From the NCBI GenBank assembly GCA_937911295.1, contig CALDQE010000026.1:3324-67323 (forward strand): a stretch of 64,000 bases of DNA. Direction: 5' to 3'. This document shows positions 54,709 to 64,000 of the stretch, piece after piece. The stretch comes from an uncultured Verrucomicrobiota bacterium. GTDB taxonomy: Bacteria > Verrucomicrobiota > Kiritimatiellia > RFP12 > UBA3636. Position 1 is the first letter of the stretch, and every line of letters begins with the position of its first letter. The notes under the pieces are model-generated. The model searched no databases. It had not been told where the DNA came from and was given only the letters and a program-made list of their open reading frames with translations. A program made the position numbers and the translations under genes.

Positions 54709-56193
54709 ATGAAGCAGCAGGTTTTTAATCCTTTTACCGCATTGAATGATTATGTCCCTGATGGTGAACCACATGTTTTTGGTGACCGTGTCTATGTCTA
54801 TGGCTCTCACGATAAAGAGAATGGCGATAGATTTTGTATGCTTGATTATGTGACCTATTCTGCTCCTGTAGACAATCTTAAGGATTGGCGTTGCGATGGA
54901 GTGATCTTTAAGGCTTGTCAGGACCCTCTTTATTCGAAATATCGTGCAATGTATGCTCCCGATGTTACCCAGGGTAATGATGGCCGCTACTATCTCTATT
55001 ATTCAATGGCAGATACTCATGGTTGTAGCAATATTATTAGCGTGGCAGTGTGTGATACCCCTTATGGTGAATTTCAGTATCACGGCTTTGTTCGTAATCC
55101 AGATGGCACTCCTATGCAAAAATTTGGCATTTTTGATCCTGCTGTAATAAATGATGAAGGGGTAATACGCCTCTATTACGGTGTTTGGCACAATTGGTAC
55201 GAAGATCCAAAATTTACGGAAGAGGATTGTATTTTCCATCAAATGCGCATATTGGGAAAAACTAGAGAGCAAGTGCTTAAAGAACAAAAAGAGGAGGGTG
55301 GCTGCTTTGGTCCGGTAACTGTAGAACTCGAAGACGATATGCTAACAATTCGTAATCAGCCAAAGCATATTATCCCCAATATGGTGAAAGGCACAGAGTG
55401 GGAGGCTCACCCATTCTTTGAGGCAAGCTCAATCCGTAAGGTTGGCTCGAAATATTACTTCATTTATTCCTCCTACAAAGGGCATGAACTAGTCTATGCA
55501 ATAAGCGATTATCCGGACCGAGATTTTAAGCTTGGAGGCGTTATTATTTCTAATGGTGATATTGGACTGAATGGGCGCTTGCCTAAAGATCGCGTAACTC
55601 GCACAGGTAACAACCATGGGAGTATTGAATTTATCAATGGAGAATGGTATGTGTTTTATCATCGCCAAACCACAAAGTGGGAGTACTCTCGTCAGGCTTG
55701 TGCAGAGAAAATTACAATTTTACCAGATGGCACAATACCACAAGTTGAGGTAACCTCCTGCGGCTTGAATAATGGACCTCTAATTGCAGAGGGGGTATAT
55801 CCGGCAATAATTAGTTGCAATCTAATGAATTATCGTATGCCGCATGGCAAGTGTCCAGAAATGAGATTGCCACATATTATCTGTAAAAATGGAGAACGCA
55901 TTATTTCTGAAATTGACAATAATACACATATTGGATTTAAGTATTTTGAATTTACAGGACCAACAAAATTGGGTGTGGTTTATCGGGCTGGTGAGCTTCC
56001 TCCAAAAGGGGAATTATTGGTAAAATTAGGAGAGAGTAGTGAGGTTATCGCCAAAGTAGAATTGGCTGCACCAGAAGAGTGGCAGGAGGTTTCTCTTGAT
56101 TTGCCTGTAGAGGCAGGCCAGGTTGCTCCTTTATTCCTTGTTTATAAAGGTGAAGGAGAGATAGAGCTTAAGGAAATAAAATTCAACTGTTAA
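54709..56193 (+). CDS. glycoside hydrolase family 43 protein (no signal peptide)
   Basis: DGEPHVFGDRVYVYGSHD, YAPDV, GRYYLYYS and FEASSIRKVGSKYYFIYS resemble GH43 beta-propeller motifs. The ATG at 54709 has AAGGAG upstream. Confidence 0.8.
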   Translation: MKQQVFNPFTALNDYVPDGEPHVFGDRVYVYGSHDKENGDRFCMLDYVTYSAPVDNLKDWRCDGVIFKACQDPLYSKYRAMYAPDVTQGNDGRYYLYYSMADTHGCSNIISVAVCDTPYGEFQYHGFVRNPDGTPMQKFGIFDPAVINDEGVIRLYYGVWHNWYEDPKFTEEDCIFHQMRILGKTREQVLKEQKEEGGCFGPVTVELEDDMLTIRNQPKHIIPNMVKGTEWEAHPFFEASSIRKVGSKYYFIYSSYKGHELVYAISDYPDRDFKLGGVIISNGDIGLNGRLPKDRVTRTGNNHGSIEFINGEWYVFYHRQTTKWEYSRQACAEKITILPDGTIPQVEVTSCGLNNGPLIAEGVYPAIISCNLMNYRMPHGKCPEMRLPHIICKNGERIISEIDNNTHIGFKYFEFTGPTKLGVVYRAGELPPKGELLVKLGESSEVIAKVELAAPEEWQEVSLDLPVEAGQVAPLFLVYKGEGEIELKEIKFNC

Positions 56194-56587
56194 CATAAAA
56201 TTTGGCAGTTAAAACCGAAATTTTCTTTCCTCCCGCTAGAGAAAAATCCCGCTTCGTATGTTGGGTCATCGTAGGTTGCACTGCCACAGTTATAAACAAT
56301 ATTTGATATAAAATTTATAGTCACATTATAAGTGTCTTCGTTAGAAGTATTTGCTTTTATAAGGTGTTTAAAATAGCATTGTTCAAATCTGATAGATTCA
56401 AAACAGCTTCCAACAGCATTTGTTTCATTTCTGAATGTCTGATAGCTCTTGAACTCACACCGGGAAAATACCATTTTTTTTGCTGTTGTAGGTAGTTGAT
56501 TTACAATAATAAATTTGTTAGTATTTTTTATATAAAAACTAAAGTTCTAATCACAGATATTGGAAGAATCGAAAATAGAATATAAAA

Positions 56588-57475
56588 ATGAGCGAACGTG
56601 AAACAAAAATTTGTAAGGTGACTTTTGTTGGTGCTGTTGTGAATATCATCTTGACAGCAGCTAAGCTGATAGCTGGTATTTTAGGTAATAGTGCAGCTAT
56701 GGTCGCTGATGCTATTCACTCTTTGTCTGACTTTGCTACAGATGTCGCGGTTGTGCTGTTTGTTAAAATTGCAGAAAAACCCCAAGATGAAAACCATGAT
56801 TTCGGTCATGGAAAGTTTGAGACGCTTTCGTCAGTATTAGTTGGGCTAGTGCTATTTTGCGTTGGCTTTGGTATCCTACGTTATGGTGTTTTCCAAATAA
56901 TAGCATTTTCTAAAGGAGAAACACTTGCGAGCCCTTGCCATATCGCTTTTATTGCGGCAATTGCATCTATTGTTGTAAAGGAGCTACTATATAGGTATAC
57001 TGTAATAAAAGGTAAAGAGCTCTCAAGCCCGGCAGTAATCGCAAATGCATGGCACCATAGGTCTGATGCTTTTTCATCTGTCGGCACAGCGATAGGTATT
57101 GGTGGTGCACTTTTTTTAGGAGACAAATGGGTTGTTCTTGATCCAATTGCTGCAATAATTGTCAGTGTTATTGTAATTAAATCATCTATAGAATTTGTTT
57201 TGCCAGGCATTAATGATTTGCTGGAAAAATCACTTCCTCATGAAATAGAGGATGAAATGCTTCAAATAATTAAAAAGATACCGTATGTTTCTGATCCACA
57301 TAACTTGCGGACAAGAAGCATTGGAACAAATTATGCCGTTGAGGTGCATATCCGCCTGCCAGGTGCAATGCCTGTATCTGAGTCGCATGAATTGACGCAA
57401 GAAATAGAGCATCGAATAAAAGAACGCTTTGGTCAACGCACACATATTATCGTGCATGTTGAACCCCAAAAATAA
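56588..57475 (+). CDS. cation diffusion facilitator (CDF) family transporter
   Basis: SAAMVADAIHSLSDF, HHRSDAFSS, and a C-terminal cytoplasmic domain (HNLRTR...VEVHI...HVEP). Confidence 0.9.
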   Translation: MSERETKICKVTFVGAVVNIILTAAKLIAGILGNSAAMVADAIHSLSDFATDVAVVLFVKIAEKPQDENHDFGHGKFETLSSVLVGLVLFCVGFGILRYGVFQIIAFSKGETLASPCHIAFIAAIASIVVKELLYRYTVIKGKELSSPAVIANAWHHRSDAFSSVGTAIGIGGALFLGDKWVVLDPIAAIIVSVIVIKSSIEFVLPGINDLLEKSLPHEIEDEMLQIIKKIPYVSDPHNLRTRSIGTNYAVEVHIRLPGAMPVSESHELTQEIEHRIKERFGQRTHIIVHVEPQK

Positions 57476-57491
57476 CGCATACATTTATTGC

Positions 57492-57580
57492 TTTGGAGAC
57501 AGCCCCCCAACCAAACGATATTATTTATTGTTTCATTGCTACTGAGGGTAGCGAACACGGGCATACGCAGTGTGTTTTCT
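57492..57580. repeat. dispersed intergenic modules (degenerate hairpin module plus ACGGGCATACGCAGTGTG module)
   Basis: 57492-57519 is an inverted degenerate copy of the 2346-2374 module. 57551-57580 resembles 10009-10047 and the reverse complements of 2388-2416 and 37725-37758. Confidence 0.6.
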
Positions 57581-57628
57581 CTTGACAAATTGCTTTGGGA
57601 AAGGGTAGTATATTGCGAAATATAGTAT

Positions 57629-57657
57629 TTGACAATAGATGCTATAGATAGTAATAT
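57629..57657 (+). promoter_or_regulatory. candidate sigma-70 promoter of the giant surface-protein gene
   Basis: TTGACA (57629-57634), a 17-nt spacer, then TAATAT (57652-57657). A second TTGACA sits at 57582-57587. Confidence 0.4.
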
Positions 57658-57755
57658 TTTATGCGGTTATATGTTTTATTAGGCATTTACAATTAAGTAC
57701 TTATTGTAGTTTTATGAAACAAAATTTTTAGTATTGTTTTAATGTTGTAGGTTGT

Positions 57756-60700
57756 ATGAATATGAAAAAAATCTCAAAAATTATTTCTGTATTGTGTGTT
57801 GTGCTTTTGCCATTGTCTGCATTTACAGCAGATGCTTTGCCAAAGCCTATTGTTGGTGAGTTTTCTCATGGCGTAAAATTCTCCGTTTCAGGATATGAGG
57901 GAACTGAGACACTTGAGAATTTCCCTGTTCTTGTAAAGCTCGAGAATGATGTTCCATCTCGCTTTAGCTACTTTGATGTTGCATCAAATGATAACGGCAG
58001 TGATATTTGCTTTATTGATATGCAAGGAAAAGGAATTCCGTTTGATATTGAGGTTTGGGACCCAATGGGTACATCATATATCTGGGTTTCTCTTCCAGAA
58101 ATGACAAATGGCACTGAGTTTGTAATGTGCTATGGTTCAACAACAAAAGGAAAAGATATTTGTTCTGAAAATCCATGGAGCTCATATAAAGGCGTTTGGT
58201 ACATGGAAAACACAAGCCCTGTAGATGAGGCAAATGATTACGATGGCACTGGTACATCACAGCTTTCTGTAACAAATGGTGTAATTGGAAATTCAGTTTG
58301 GTATCCAAATATTTCAGGTGAGGGAATTTCTTGTGGATCAACAATGCAAAATTCAGACCTTGCAAATGGTTTTGTAGTTGAAGGTTGGATTAATCCTGCA
58401 GTGTATGGCGGAGCTGGCGATGGTCGTGCAATTTTTGGAAAATATCAATTTATTTCTTTCCGAATTGCTAGCCAAAATCAAATAACTGTTACAACACCAA
58501 GAATTGAGGACCATAAGGCTAATTTTACGCTTCCAAATGTGAACGAATGGTATCACATTGCTTTGTCGTTCCAACCAACAATTTCAGGGGGTATGAAGCT
58601 TTATATCAATGGAGAATTGAAATCAACAATGAATGCCTCTAAGGTTCAAAATTTAGACCAATTTGGAGAAATGTGGCTAGGACGTAATGAGTGGAGCGAT
58701 CAAAGATTTTATGGTGCAATTGATGAGATGCGTTTGTCTGATCAAATCCGTTCCGCAGATTGGATTGCAGCATCCTACAGTACAGTGTCAAAGGATGATT
58801 TTCTAACATCTGGAATTGCACAGAATTATGATCAAAAAGCAGAGCCAAATGCTGGCATTATAGTTACAGAAGTTGGATATACAAATGCTTCAATTTCTGT
58901 TTTAGTTGGAAATCTTGGAACAAGTCCAGACTTTTCCCAAGATGCCTCATGGGTGGATTCTGAGTTGATTATTTCAGAAAAAGAAGATTTTTCTACATAT
59001 TTTCTAAAAACACAGCTAGAAAGATTTGATGCTCCAACAACAAGAATAATTCCAGTTTCTGGATTAACCACAAATACAACATATTTTGTAAAGCTTGTTT
59101 CAAAAAACAACTTTGATTTAGGAGCAGAGAGTCATATAATTTCTTTTCAAACATTAACTCCAGGAGCACCAGCAGGAATAGTAGATTTTCTTTCTTCAAG
59201 TATTGATAGTATCACTATTTCAGGCAAGGTTATTGATTTTGGCGTTGGTGCTAAAGCTGTAAAAATTTTTGCAGAGGCTTCTACATCAGAGGATTTTAGT
59301 AATGCAATAAGTTCAGAGAAAATGTCTGCTGAAATTGATAGTGTTGAGTTTTTGGTTGTTGAAGGACTCGCTCTTAATACAAGTTACTATTTGCGTCTTG
59401 GAATAGAAAATGATTGGGGAGTCGTCACTTATGTGCCATATGATACGACGCAAGCTACATTAGAGGCACCGGCTCAAATATCTGAGATTAGTTTTTTGGC
59501 AAATAGAATTGACCCTAATGAGTTTGGGTATCGTATAGAGTGGGATATAATAAACGTTGAAGATGGAGCAGTAGTTGATGTAGAACTATTTATAGATGGG
59601 GAATTTGTTGAGTCATGGGAAAATTGCGGTGGTACAATGGGTTATGTATACTATGGCGCTAAAGGATCTACACATCTTGTAAAGGTAGTTGCTACTGTCG
59701 CTTTGGATGGGAATGAGTATAAAACAGAAAAAATCCGTGAAGTAACGCTTGGTAAGAATAATTTTGTCGTTGGATATATAAATTCATATGTTCCTGTAGT
59801 AACAAAGGTTGGGGATACGATAACACTTCCTCGGTTAAAAACCACTAAGGGGTATTACGAGCTTCAGGATATTCGCCCATTCGTATTAGAGGATGATGGA
59901 GTAACAATGACTGCGATAGAGACAGGATTTACAACTGTGGTCGAATACGATATTGATGTTACAACTGGCGAACTTACAAGAAAAGCAGAAATGCAGTTAG
60001 CGATTTGTGCACCAACACCAAAGGGCGAGGGTAATGTGTTCGTTGCAGAATCGAGAAAAGCAGATATTACTTGGTCCGATTTAACATTATGGACAAATAT
60101 TACTGACCCAACTGCGGAGCCATCTTATCCAAATGGTAAGGATGATGTGGTTATTATCCCAATTTATAACGATAAGAAATGCTTTATTGATACAGATGTA
60201 ACTGTCGGAGCATTATATGTGGGATGGCCTTCTATAGATATGTCTAGGGGAACGATTCGAATTGAAGGAAAGAATGGAGCAACACTTACTTTTGATACAA
60301 GTGATGGTTCTCAGGCTTTGTTGCGAGTTACAGGATTGGCACGTTGGGATGTTGTTCGTAAGGAATCTTTCTTTTATTTAGGAAATGAAAAAGCGGATAA
60401 GCCTAATCTGTTGTCAGTAGAAATGCCTAATGGGTTGATTTATGATTGTGGCAAGCATCCAGACTATACGGATACAGAGCTACGAGATACGTTTAATAAT
60501 ATCAGGATTGGCAATGGTTATACTACTCCAATAGAGGTGCCAGAAGGTAAGGTTTTCCATATTATCAATACAGACCATGGAAATCCTGGCGGTCATAGCC
60601 AAAATACTCAGCATTCCAATTTCCGGTGGAATAATGGTTCGCAGGTTTATGGTAAGGGTACAATTATATATGATGGATCGGCAGGATATTTCAATGGTGC

Positions 60701-62153
60701 TTTAACCGATTTTGCTGGAACCTTAATAGTTCGCAATAAGCAAAAGTATGATAGTGTTGGAATAGGAGAACGCGATGGTGGGTATTGGTTATATAATGCT
60801 GGAACTTGGGGACCAACAAATTCTACATTAGTTATTGAAGGGCATGTAGAATATAATGGAGTAAATTCTTCTGTTGGCGTAGTAACGTATGGCTCTGCAC
60901 ATGCATGGGGAGCATGGGGTCCTGGTTCAAATAGCTTACATCAGGCAGGAATGGTTTTACATGGAGGTACATATTATCAAAGACCTCAAGCAAACGAAGA
61001 TTGGGCTGCTGCAGGTATTACAAAAATTCCTAATAGGGCAGAAAAACTCGTTGTAAGTAATGGTTACTCTTGTGTTAAAATGTTTAAAACAGGTGTTCCA
61101 ACAAATCGTGTTGAATTTATGAGCTTAGAGCAAGCTAATAGAGGAACATTTATTGTGGACAGTACAGATACGCAGGCTACTACAGAGCCAGCAGAAGGTG
61201 CTAATGCAAATCATATAATTATTCATGGTATGGAGAAGCATGCTATTGGTGGAGGAGGAGAGCCAGGAAACGAGACAGAGTCAATTATTCCTTGGATGAT
61301 TTGCACTAAGCAATGGCCAAATAGAGCATATTTCCCATACCGAGGAGATCGTGCAGATGAGACAAATGTTGTCTGCTTTAAAAATGCACATCCAACAAGT
61401 CAGGCACTAGATGTGGTTCAAGATAGCAATGCAAACGTTTTTGTAAATGGTGCGTCAATTGCATTGACAAGAGATTTGACAGTTAATTCTCTTTGCATCA
61501 ATAGAAACTATAATAACGGCACTGCATTAGGAGAGGGACGAACCCTAACCATTACCTCTGGAGGTTTGATTTTGGAGGGGGAAACATCTGTTATCGGGTA
61601 TGAGTCAGATTATTTAGCAAATAAATCTGGAACAATTTTCTTCCCTAATCCAGCTTACATTTATTCCACAATACAATCAACCTCTGCACCAAATCAGATT
61701 TGGGCATCAATTGTCGCTCCTAAGGGAGCTGCAATTTCCTTCCCAGGAGATTTTGTCTTGGGCGGTAATCAAACTGGTATTGATGAAGAGCTAGCTATAA
61801 ATGGAACCCGAGTAACAATCGGTTCAGCTACAACAGATTGCCTTTTGGATGTTCCTGTTCGCTTAGAGGGAGGGGCAACAAAGCTTACACTTAGGAACCT
61901 TAATACGCTTCTTCAGCAATCCTTATATTTGAATGACCATGCAACAATAGGACCAAAGGTTAATGTTGCTTCGTCAGAGAAGGTTGCGAAGGTAAATAAG
62001 TTGTTTATCAATGGAGAATCAGTACCACGAGGTACATATGGCTCCTCCAGCTCAAGTGCAGAATTTGTTGATGATGAGCATTTTGTAGGTGATGGCATTG
62101 TTCAAGTGCTTTCAGATGAGGTGCTTCGTCCAACAACAATTATTATTCGGTAA
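57756..62153 (+). CDS. giant secreted/surface protein: DUF2341-like N-domain, LamG (concanavalin-A-like) domain, Fn3/Ig-like repeats, beta-helix-like C-terminal region
   Basis: Signal peptide LCVVLLPLSAFTADA. FPVLVKL...DICFID...IWVSLPE is DUF2341-like. WYHIALSF...LYINGEL...GAIDEMRLSDQIRSADWI is LamG-like. Later segments such as RTLTITSGGLILEG resemble autotransporter-associated beta-strand repeats. Confidence 0.85.
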   Translation: MNMKKISKIISVLCVVLLPLSAFTADALPKPIVGEFSHGVKFSVSGYEGTETLENFPVLVKLENDVPSRFSYFDVASNDNGSDICFIDMQGKGIPFDIEVWDPMGTSYIWVSLPEMTNGTEFVMCYGSTTKGKDICSENPWSSYKGVWYMENTSPVDEANDYDGTGTSQLSVTNGVIGNSVWYPNISGEGISCGSTMQNSDLANGFVVEGWINPAVYGGAGDGRAIFGKYQFISFRIASQNQITVTTPRIEDHKANFTLPNVNEWYHIALSFQPTISGGMKLYINGELKSTMNASKVQNLDQFGEMWLGRNEWSDQRFYGAIDEMRLSDQIRSADWIAASYSTVSKDDFLTSGIAQNYDQKAEPNAGIIVTEVGYTNASISVLVGNLGTSPDFSQDASWVDSELIISEKEDFSTYFLKTQLERFDAPTTRIIPVSGLTTNTTYFVKLVSKNNFDLGAESHIISFQTLTPGAPAGIVDFLSSSIDSITISGKVIDFGVGAKAVKIFAEASTSEDFSNAISSEKMSAEIDSVEFLVVEGLALNTSYYLRLGIENDWGVVTYVPYDTTQATLEAPAQISEISFLANRIDPNEFGYRIEWDIINVEDGAVVDVELFIDGEFVESWENCGGTMGYVYYGAKGSTHLVKVVATVALDGNEYKTEKIREVTLGKNNFVVGYINSYVPVVTKVGDTITLPRLKTTKGYYELQDIRPFVLEDDGVTMTAIETGFTTVVEYDIDVTTGELTRKAEMQLAICAPTPKGEGNVFVAESRKADITWSDLTLWTNITDPTAEPSYPNGKDDVVIIPIYNDKKCFIDTDVTVGALYVGWPSIDMSRGTIRIEGKNGATLTFDTSDGSQALLRVTGLARWDVVRKESFFYLGNEKADKPNLLSVEMPNGLIYDCGKHPDYTDTELRDTFNNIRIGNGYTTPIEVPEGKVFHIINTDHGNPGGHSQNTQHSNFRWNNGSQVYGKGTIIYDGSAGYFNGALTDFAGTLIVRNKQKYDSVGIGERDGGYWLYNAGTWGPTNSTLVIEGHVEYNGVNSSVGVVTYGSAHAWGAWGPGSNSLHQAGMVLHGGTYYQRPQANEDWAAAGITKIPNRAEKLVVSNGYSCVKMFKTGVPTNRVEFMSLEQANRGTFIVDSTDTQATTEPAEGANANHIIIHGMEKHAIGGGGEPGNETESIIPWMICTKQWPNRAYFPYRGDRADETNVVCFKNAHPTSQALDVVQDSNANVFVNGASIALTRDLTVNSLCINRNYNNGTALGEGRTLTITSGGLILEGETSVIGYESDYLANKSGTIFFPNPAYIYSTIQSTSAPNQIWASIVAPKGAAISFPGDFVLGGNQTGIDEELAINGTRVTIGSATTDCLLDVPVRLEGGATKLTLRNLNTLLQQSLYLNDHATIGPKVNVASSEKVAKVNKLFINGESVPRGTYGSSSSSAEFVDDEHFVGDGIVQVLSDEVLRPTTIIIR

Positions 62154-62216
62154 AGGTAAAATTGGCAAAATTTTCCTGAATTTGGGTGAAAAAACGCATA
62201 AAGTTCAAATTAACGC

Positions 62217-62246
62217 TTGACTTTTTTGCCAAAAAATGAGTAAATA
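62217..62246 (+). promoter_or_regulatory. candidate promoter of the small basic protein gene
   Basis: TTGACT (62217-62222), a 17-18-nt spacer, then TAAATA (62241-62246). Confidence 0.35.
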
Positions 62247-62272
62247 TTGTTTCATTTTTTGAAGTGCAGAAG

Positions 62273-62293
62273 GCGAGTGCCGTAAGCACTCGC
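62273..62293 (+). promoter_or_regulatory. 5'-UTR stem-loop
   Basis: GCGAGTGC (62273-62280), loop CGTAA, GCACTCGC (62286-62293), about 50 nt upstream of the ATG at 62342. Confidence 0.6.
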
Positions 62294-62341
62294 AAAAAGG
62301 TTTTAACTTCAATAAAATAATTACGTAATTCGGAGTCCATC

Positions 62342-62569
62342 ATGTCATTACAGAATCATGACGCAGTTAAAGGTTTAAAGCATGTTCGTCGTCCTAAAAA
62401 GACACCTGCAGAGCGTGCACGTCGCCAGAAGGCTCAGAAAAAACGTCTAGTTGCTCTTGGTGTTCCACAAGAGGTAGCAGACAAGATGAGCCCACTAGAG
62501 ATTCGCAATAAGCTAACTCGCCCAGCACGAGTAAAGCGCGAGCTAGAAGCAGCAAAGGCTGCTGAATAA
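62342..62569 (+). CDS. small highly basic hypothetical protein (75 aa)
   Basis: GGAG lies 5-6 nt upstream. It has its own promoter-like element, leader hairpin and strong terminator. The sequence is Lys/Arg-rich (RRPKKTPAERARRQKAQKKR). Confidence 0.7.
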   Translation: MSLQNHDAVKGLKHVRRPKKTPAERARRQKAQKKRLVALGVPQEVADKMSPLEIRNKLTRPARVKRELEAAKAAE

Positions 62570-62618
62570 TATAAATTTAGACAGCTGGCTCTAGGCCAAT
62601 TGGTTTAAATTATGGTAA

Positions 62619-62656
62619 ACCGGACAGGGCTTTTTCTGCCTTGTTCGGTTTTTTCT
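62619..62656 (+). terminator. rho-independent terminator
   Basis: ACCGGACAGGGC (62619-62630) pairs with GCCTTGTTCGGT (62638-62649) with two G-U pairs, then a T-run. Confidence 0.8.
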
Positions 62657-62709
62657 TTTATTGTATAATTTAACTATTGCTTTCATTGATTCCATCAGGA
62701 GATATAATT

Positions 62710-63507
62710 ATGCAACTAGACGATGCAGAAATTGTTTTTCACGAACCACTTAAAGGTGGCTATCGCTTAATTAAATTTAAAACTCCAGAAATTGCTGCAG
62801 CTTCAAAGCCTGGGCAGTATGTTCAACTGCGCATTCCAACTCTAGAGGCAACTGCACTGCGTCGTCCTTTTAGTATTTGTGGGGCAGAGGATGAAATACT
62901 AACAATTCTTTATAAGCAGGTTGGTCGAGGGACCTTTGCGATGGGAGATTTGCAGGTTGGTCAGAAGGTCAATATCCTTGGCCCGCTAGGTGATGGTGCT
63001 TTTCCTCTATGCGACTCTGTCACAATACCTCTTCTTATAGGCGGAGGGTTTGGTGTTGCTCCTTTACTGTTTCTTGCAAAGCAGCTTCCTCAGAAGGGTG
63101 TACTTTTTGTTGGTGGCCGCACAGCAGAGGATATTCTAATAACCGAGGAATTTGAGAAGCTTGGTTGGGAGGTTCAACTCTGCACAAATGATGGAAGCAT
63201 CGGTACTAAGGGATTTGTGACTGCAGCTCTTGATGCATGGTTAGAGTCACACCCTGACACAAAGGCAGAAATGTATGCTTGTGGTCCAGAGCCTATGCTT
63301 AAAGCGATAGATGAGCGTGCTGCCCGCTTTGGCCGTGTGGCATGGCTGTCTCTTGATCATCGCATGGCATGTGGTGTTGGTGCTTGCCTTGGCTGTATCC
63401 AGAAGGTTCGCTTGACAGATGAGGCTGGTAATGTAGTAGAGAAGACCTTGCGAGTTTGTAAGGACGGACCAATCTTTAAGAGTGGCACAATTGTTTGGGA
63501 GGCATAA
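62710..63507 (+). CDS. pyrK: dihydroorotate dehydrogenase electron-transfer subunit
   Basis: RRPFSI (FAD-binding), GGGFGVAP, and a C-terminal 2Fe-2S motif CGVGACLGC...C. The ATG at 62710 has AGGAGA upstream. Confidence 0.9.
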   Translation: MQLDDAEIVFHEPLKGGYRLIKFKTPEIAAASKPGQYVQLRIPTLEATALRRPFSICGAEDEILTILYKQVGRGTFAMGDLQVGQKVNILGPLGDGAFPLCDSVTIPLLIGGGFGVAPLLFLAKQLPQKGVLFVGGRTAEDILITEEFEKLGWEVQLCTNDGSIGTKGFVTAALDAWLESHPDTKAEMYACGPEPMLKAIDERAARFGRVAWLSLDHRMACGVGACLGCIQKVRLTDEAGNVVEKTLRVCKDGPIFKSGTIVWEA

Positions 63508-63508
63508 A

Positions 63509-64000
63509 ATGGATTTATCTGTAAAAATTGGCAAGCTAGAAATGAAGAACCCAGTAACCGTTGCTTCTGGTACCTTTGGTTATGGGTTGGAATATTCTGA
63601 GCTAATAGATATAGAGCGACTTGGAGCTATTACAGTAAAGGGAATCAAGAAGGATCCATGTCCAGGAAATCCTTTGCCTCGGTTCTGTGAGGTGCCTGGT
63701 GGAATGATAAATGCAATTGGCTTGCAGGGACCTGGAGTTGAGGGTTTTGTAAATGACGATATGCCATTTCTCCGTACTAAGAATGTGCCTGTAATTGTAA
63801 ATATGTGGGGTACAAGTGTCGAGGGGTATGCAGAAACAGCCGCATTGCTTGATAAGGTTGAGGGTATTGATGCTCTTGAATTGAATGTTTCTTGCCCAAA
63901 TGTTAAGAAGGGTGGTTCTTCCTTTAGTGCAAATCCAGATTTGATGGCAGAGGTGGTAAAAGCTGTCCGTGAGCAAACCTCATTGACACTGATTACAAAG
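63509..64000 (+). CDS. pyrD: dihydroorotate dehydrogenase B catalytic subunit, N-terminal part (continues beyond the window)
   Basis: The ATG is 1 nt after the pyrK stop. The frame is open to the window end: LKNPVTVASGTFGYG, GAITVKG, GMINAIGLQGPG, LELNVSCPNVK. Confidence 0.92.
   Translation, partial: MDLSVKIGKLEMKNPVTVASGTFGYGLEYSELIDIERLGAITVKGIKKDPCPGNPLPRFCEVPGGMINAIGLQGPGVEGFVNDDMPFLRTKNVPVIVNMWGTSVEGYAETAALLDKVEGIDALELNVSCPNVKKGGSSFSANPDLMAEVVKAVREQTSLTLITK

Noticed and set aside
56190-56474. 94-aa minus-strand ORF in the 394-bp gap between the GH43 and CDF genes.
   Set aside because: It has no Shine-Dalgarno sequence (upstream is AACAGCAAAAAAA-ATG). Its stop abuts the GH43 stop, and no family is recognisable. 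It may be a real small protein, but the support is insufficient to call it.

Overview
This 64-kb window is AT-rich bacterial chromosome and is mostly housekeeping. All family calls come from reading the translations and remembered motifs; no searches were run, and start codons are often ambiguous.

**Likely source.** A PVC-superphylum organism (Lentisphaerota, Kiritimatiellota or Verrucomicrobiota-like). The hints are a prepilin-type DUF1559 protein, a giant DUF2341/LamG surface protein, and TGnTATAAT-type promoters.

**Gene layout.**
- Plus-strand block, 1-39.3 kb:
  - Envelope and early biosynthesis: lptD tail, an outer-membrane barrel, Wzm/Wzt-type ABC exporter, DAHP synthase, tRNA-Ser(CGA).
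  - A small AT-rich island follows the tRNA: a four-helix-bundle protein, a SEC-C/TPR protein and a helical hypothetical.
  - Then larA-like, DUF3465, a VUT transporter, an SDR, a TadE-like protein, lnt, yihY, a 3D-domain protein, an ABC pair and dut.
  - Then accD-accA plus a carboxyltransferase::BCCP fusion, an EEP lipoprotein, pdxK, a short LacI-like protein, and a HAD/ROK/HAD/FAD cluster.
  - The block ends with dnaK, groES, groEL and a DUF4143 ATPase.
- Minus-strand block, 39.4-54.3 kb: rny, GldG-like, SGNH hydrolase, metallophosphoesterase, ispD, secDF, yajC, tgt, rlmB, a membrane-anchored RRM protein, rpoD, and a DUF1559 pilin-like protein.
- Plus-strand block, 54.7-64 kb: GH43, a CDF transporter, a 1465-aa LamG/DUF2341 surface protein, a small basic protein, pyrK, and the pyrD 5' part.

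**Not found.** No rRNA, CRISPR array, transposase, integrase or recognisable defence genes.

**Most interesting signals.**
1. The accD-accA operon ends in a 5S-type pyruvate/oxaloacetate carboxyltransferase fused to a complete AccB-type BCCP. This may be an ATP-independent transcarboxylase.
2. The tRNA-Ser-adjacent island is punctuated by strand-asymmetric (G-free or C-poor) tandem repeats.
3. A 790-bp gene-free region holds five AT-cored palindromes phased about 104 bp apart, bracketed by a 100-bp direct repeat.
4. Short GC-rich modules are dispersed through many intergenic regions.
5. A TGGCAC-N5-TTGC motif lies upstream of dnaK.
6. Iteron-like 33-bp repeats lie upstream of the ATPase gene.
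7. An RRM RNA-binding protein carries a transmembrane anchor.
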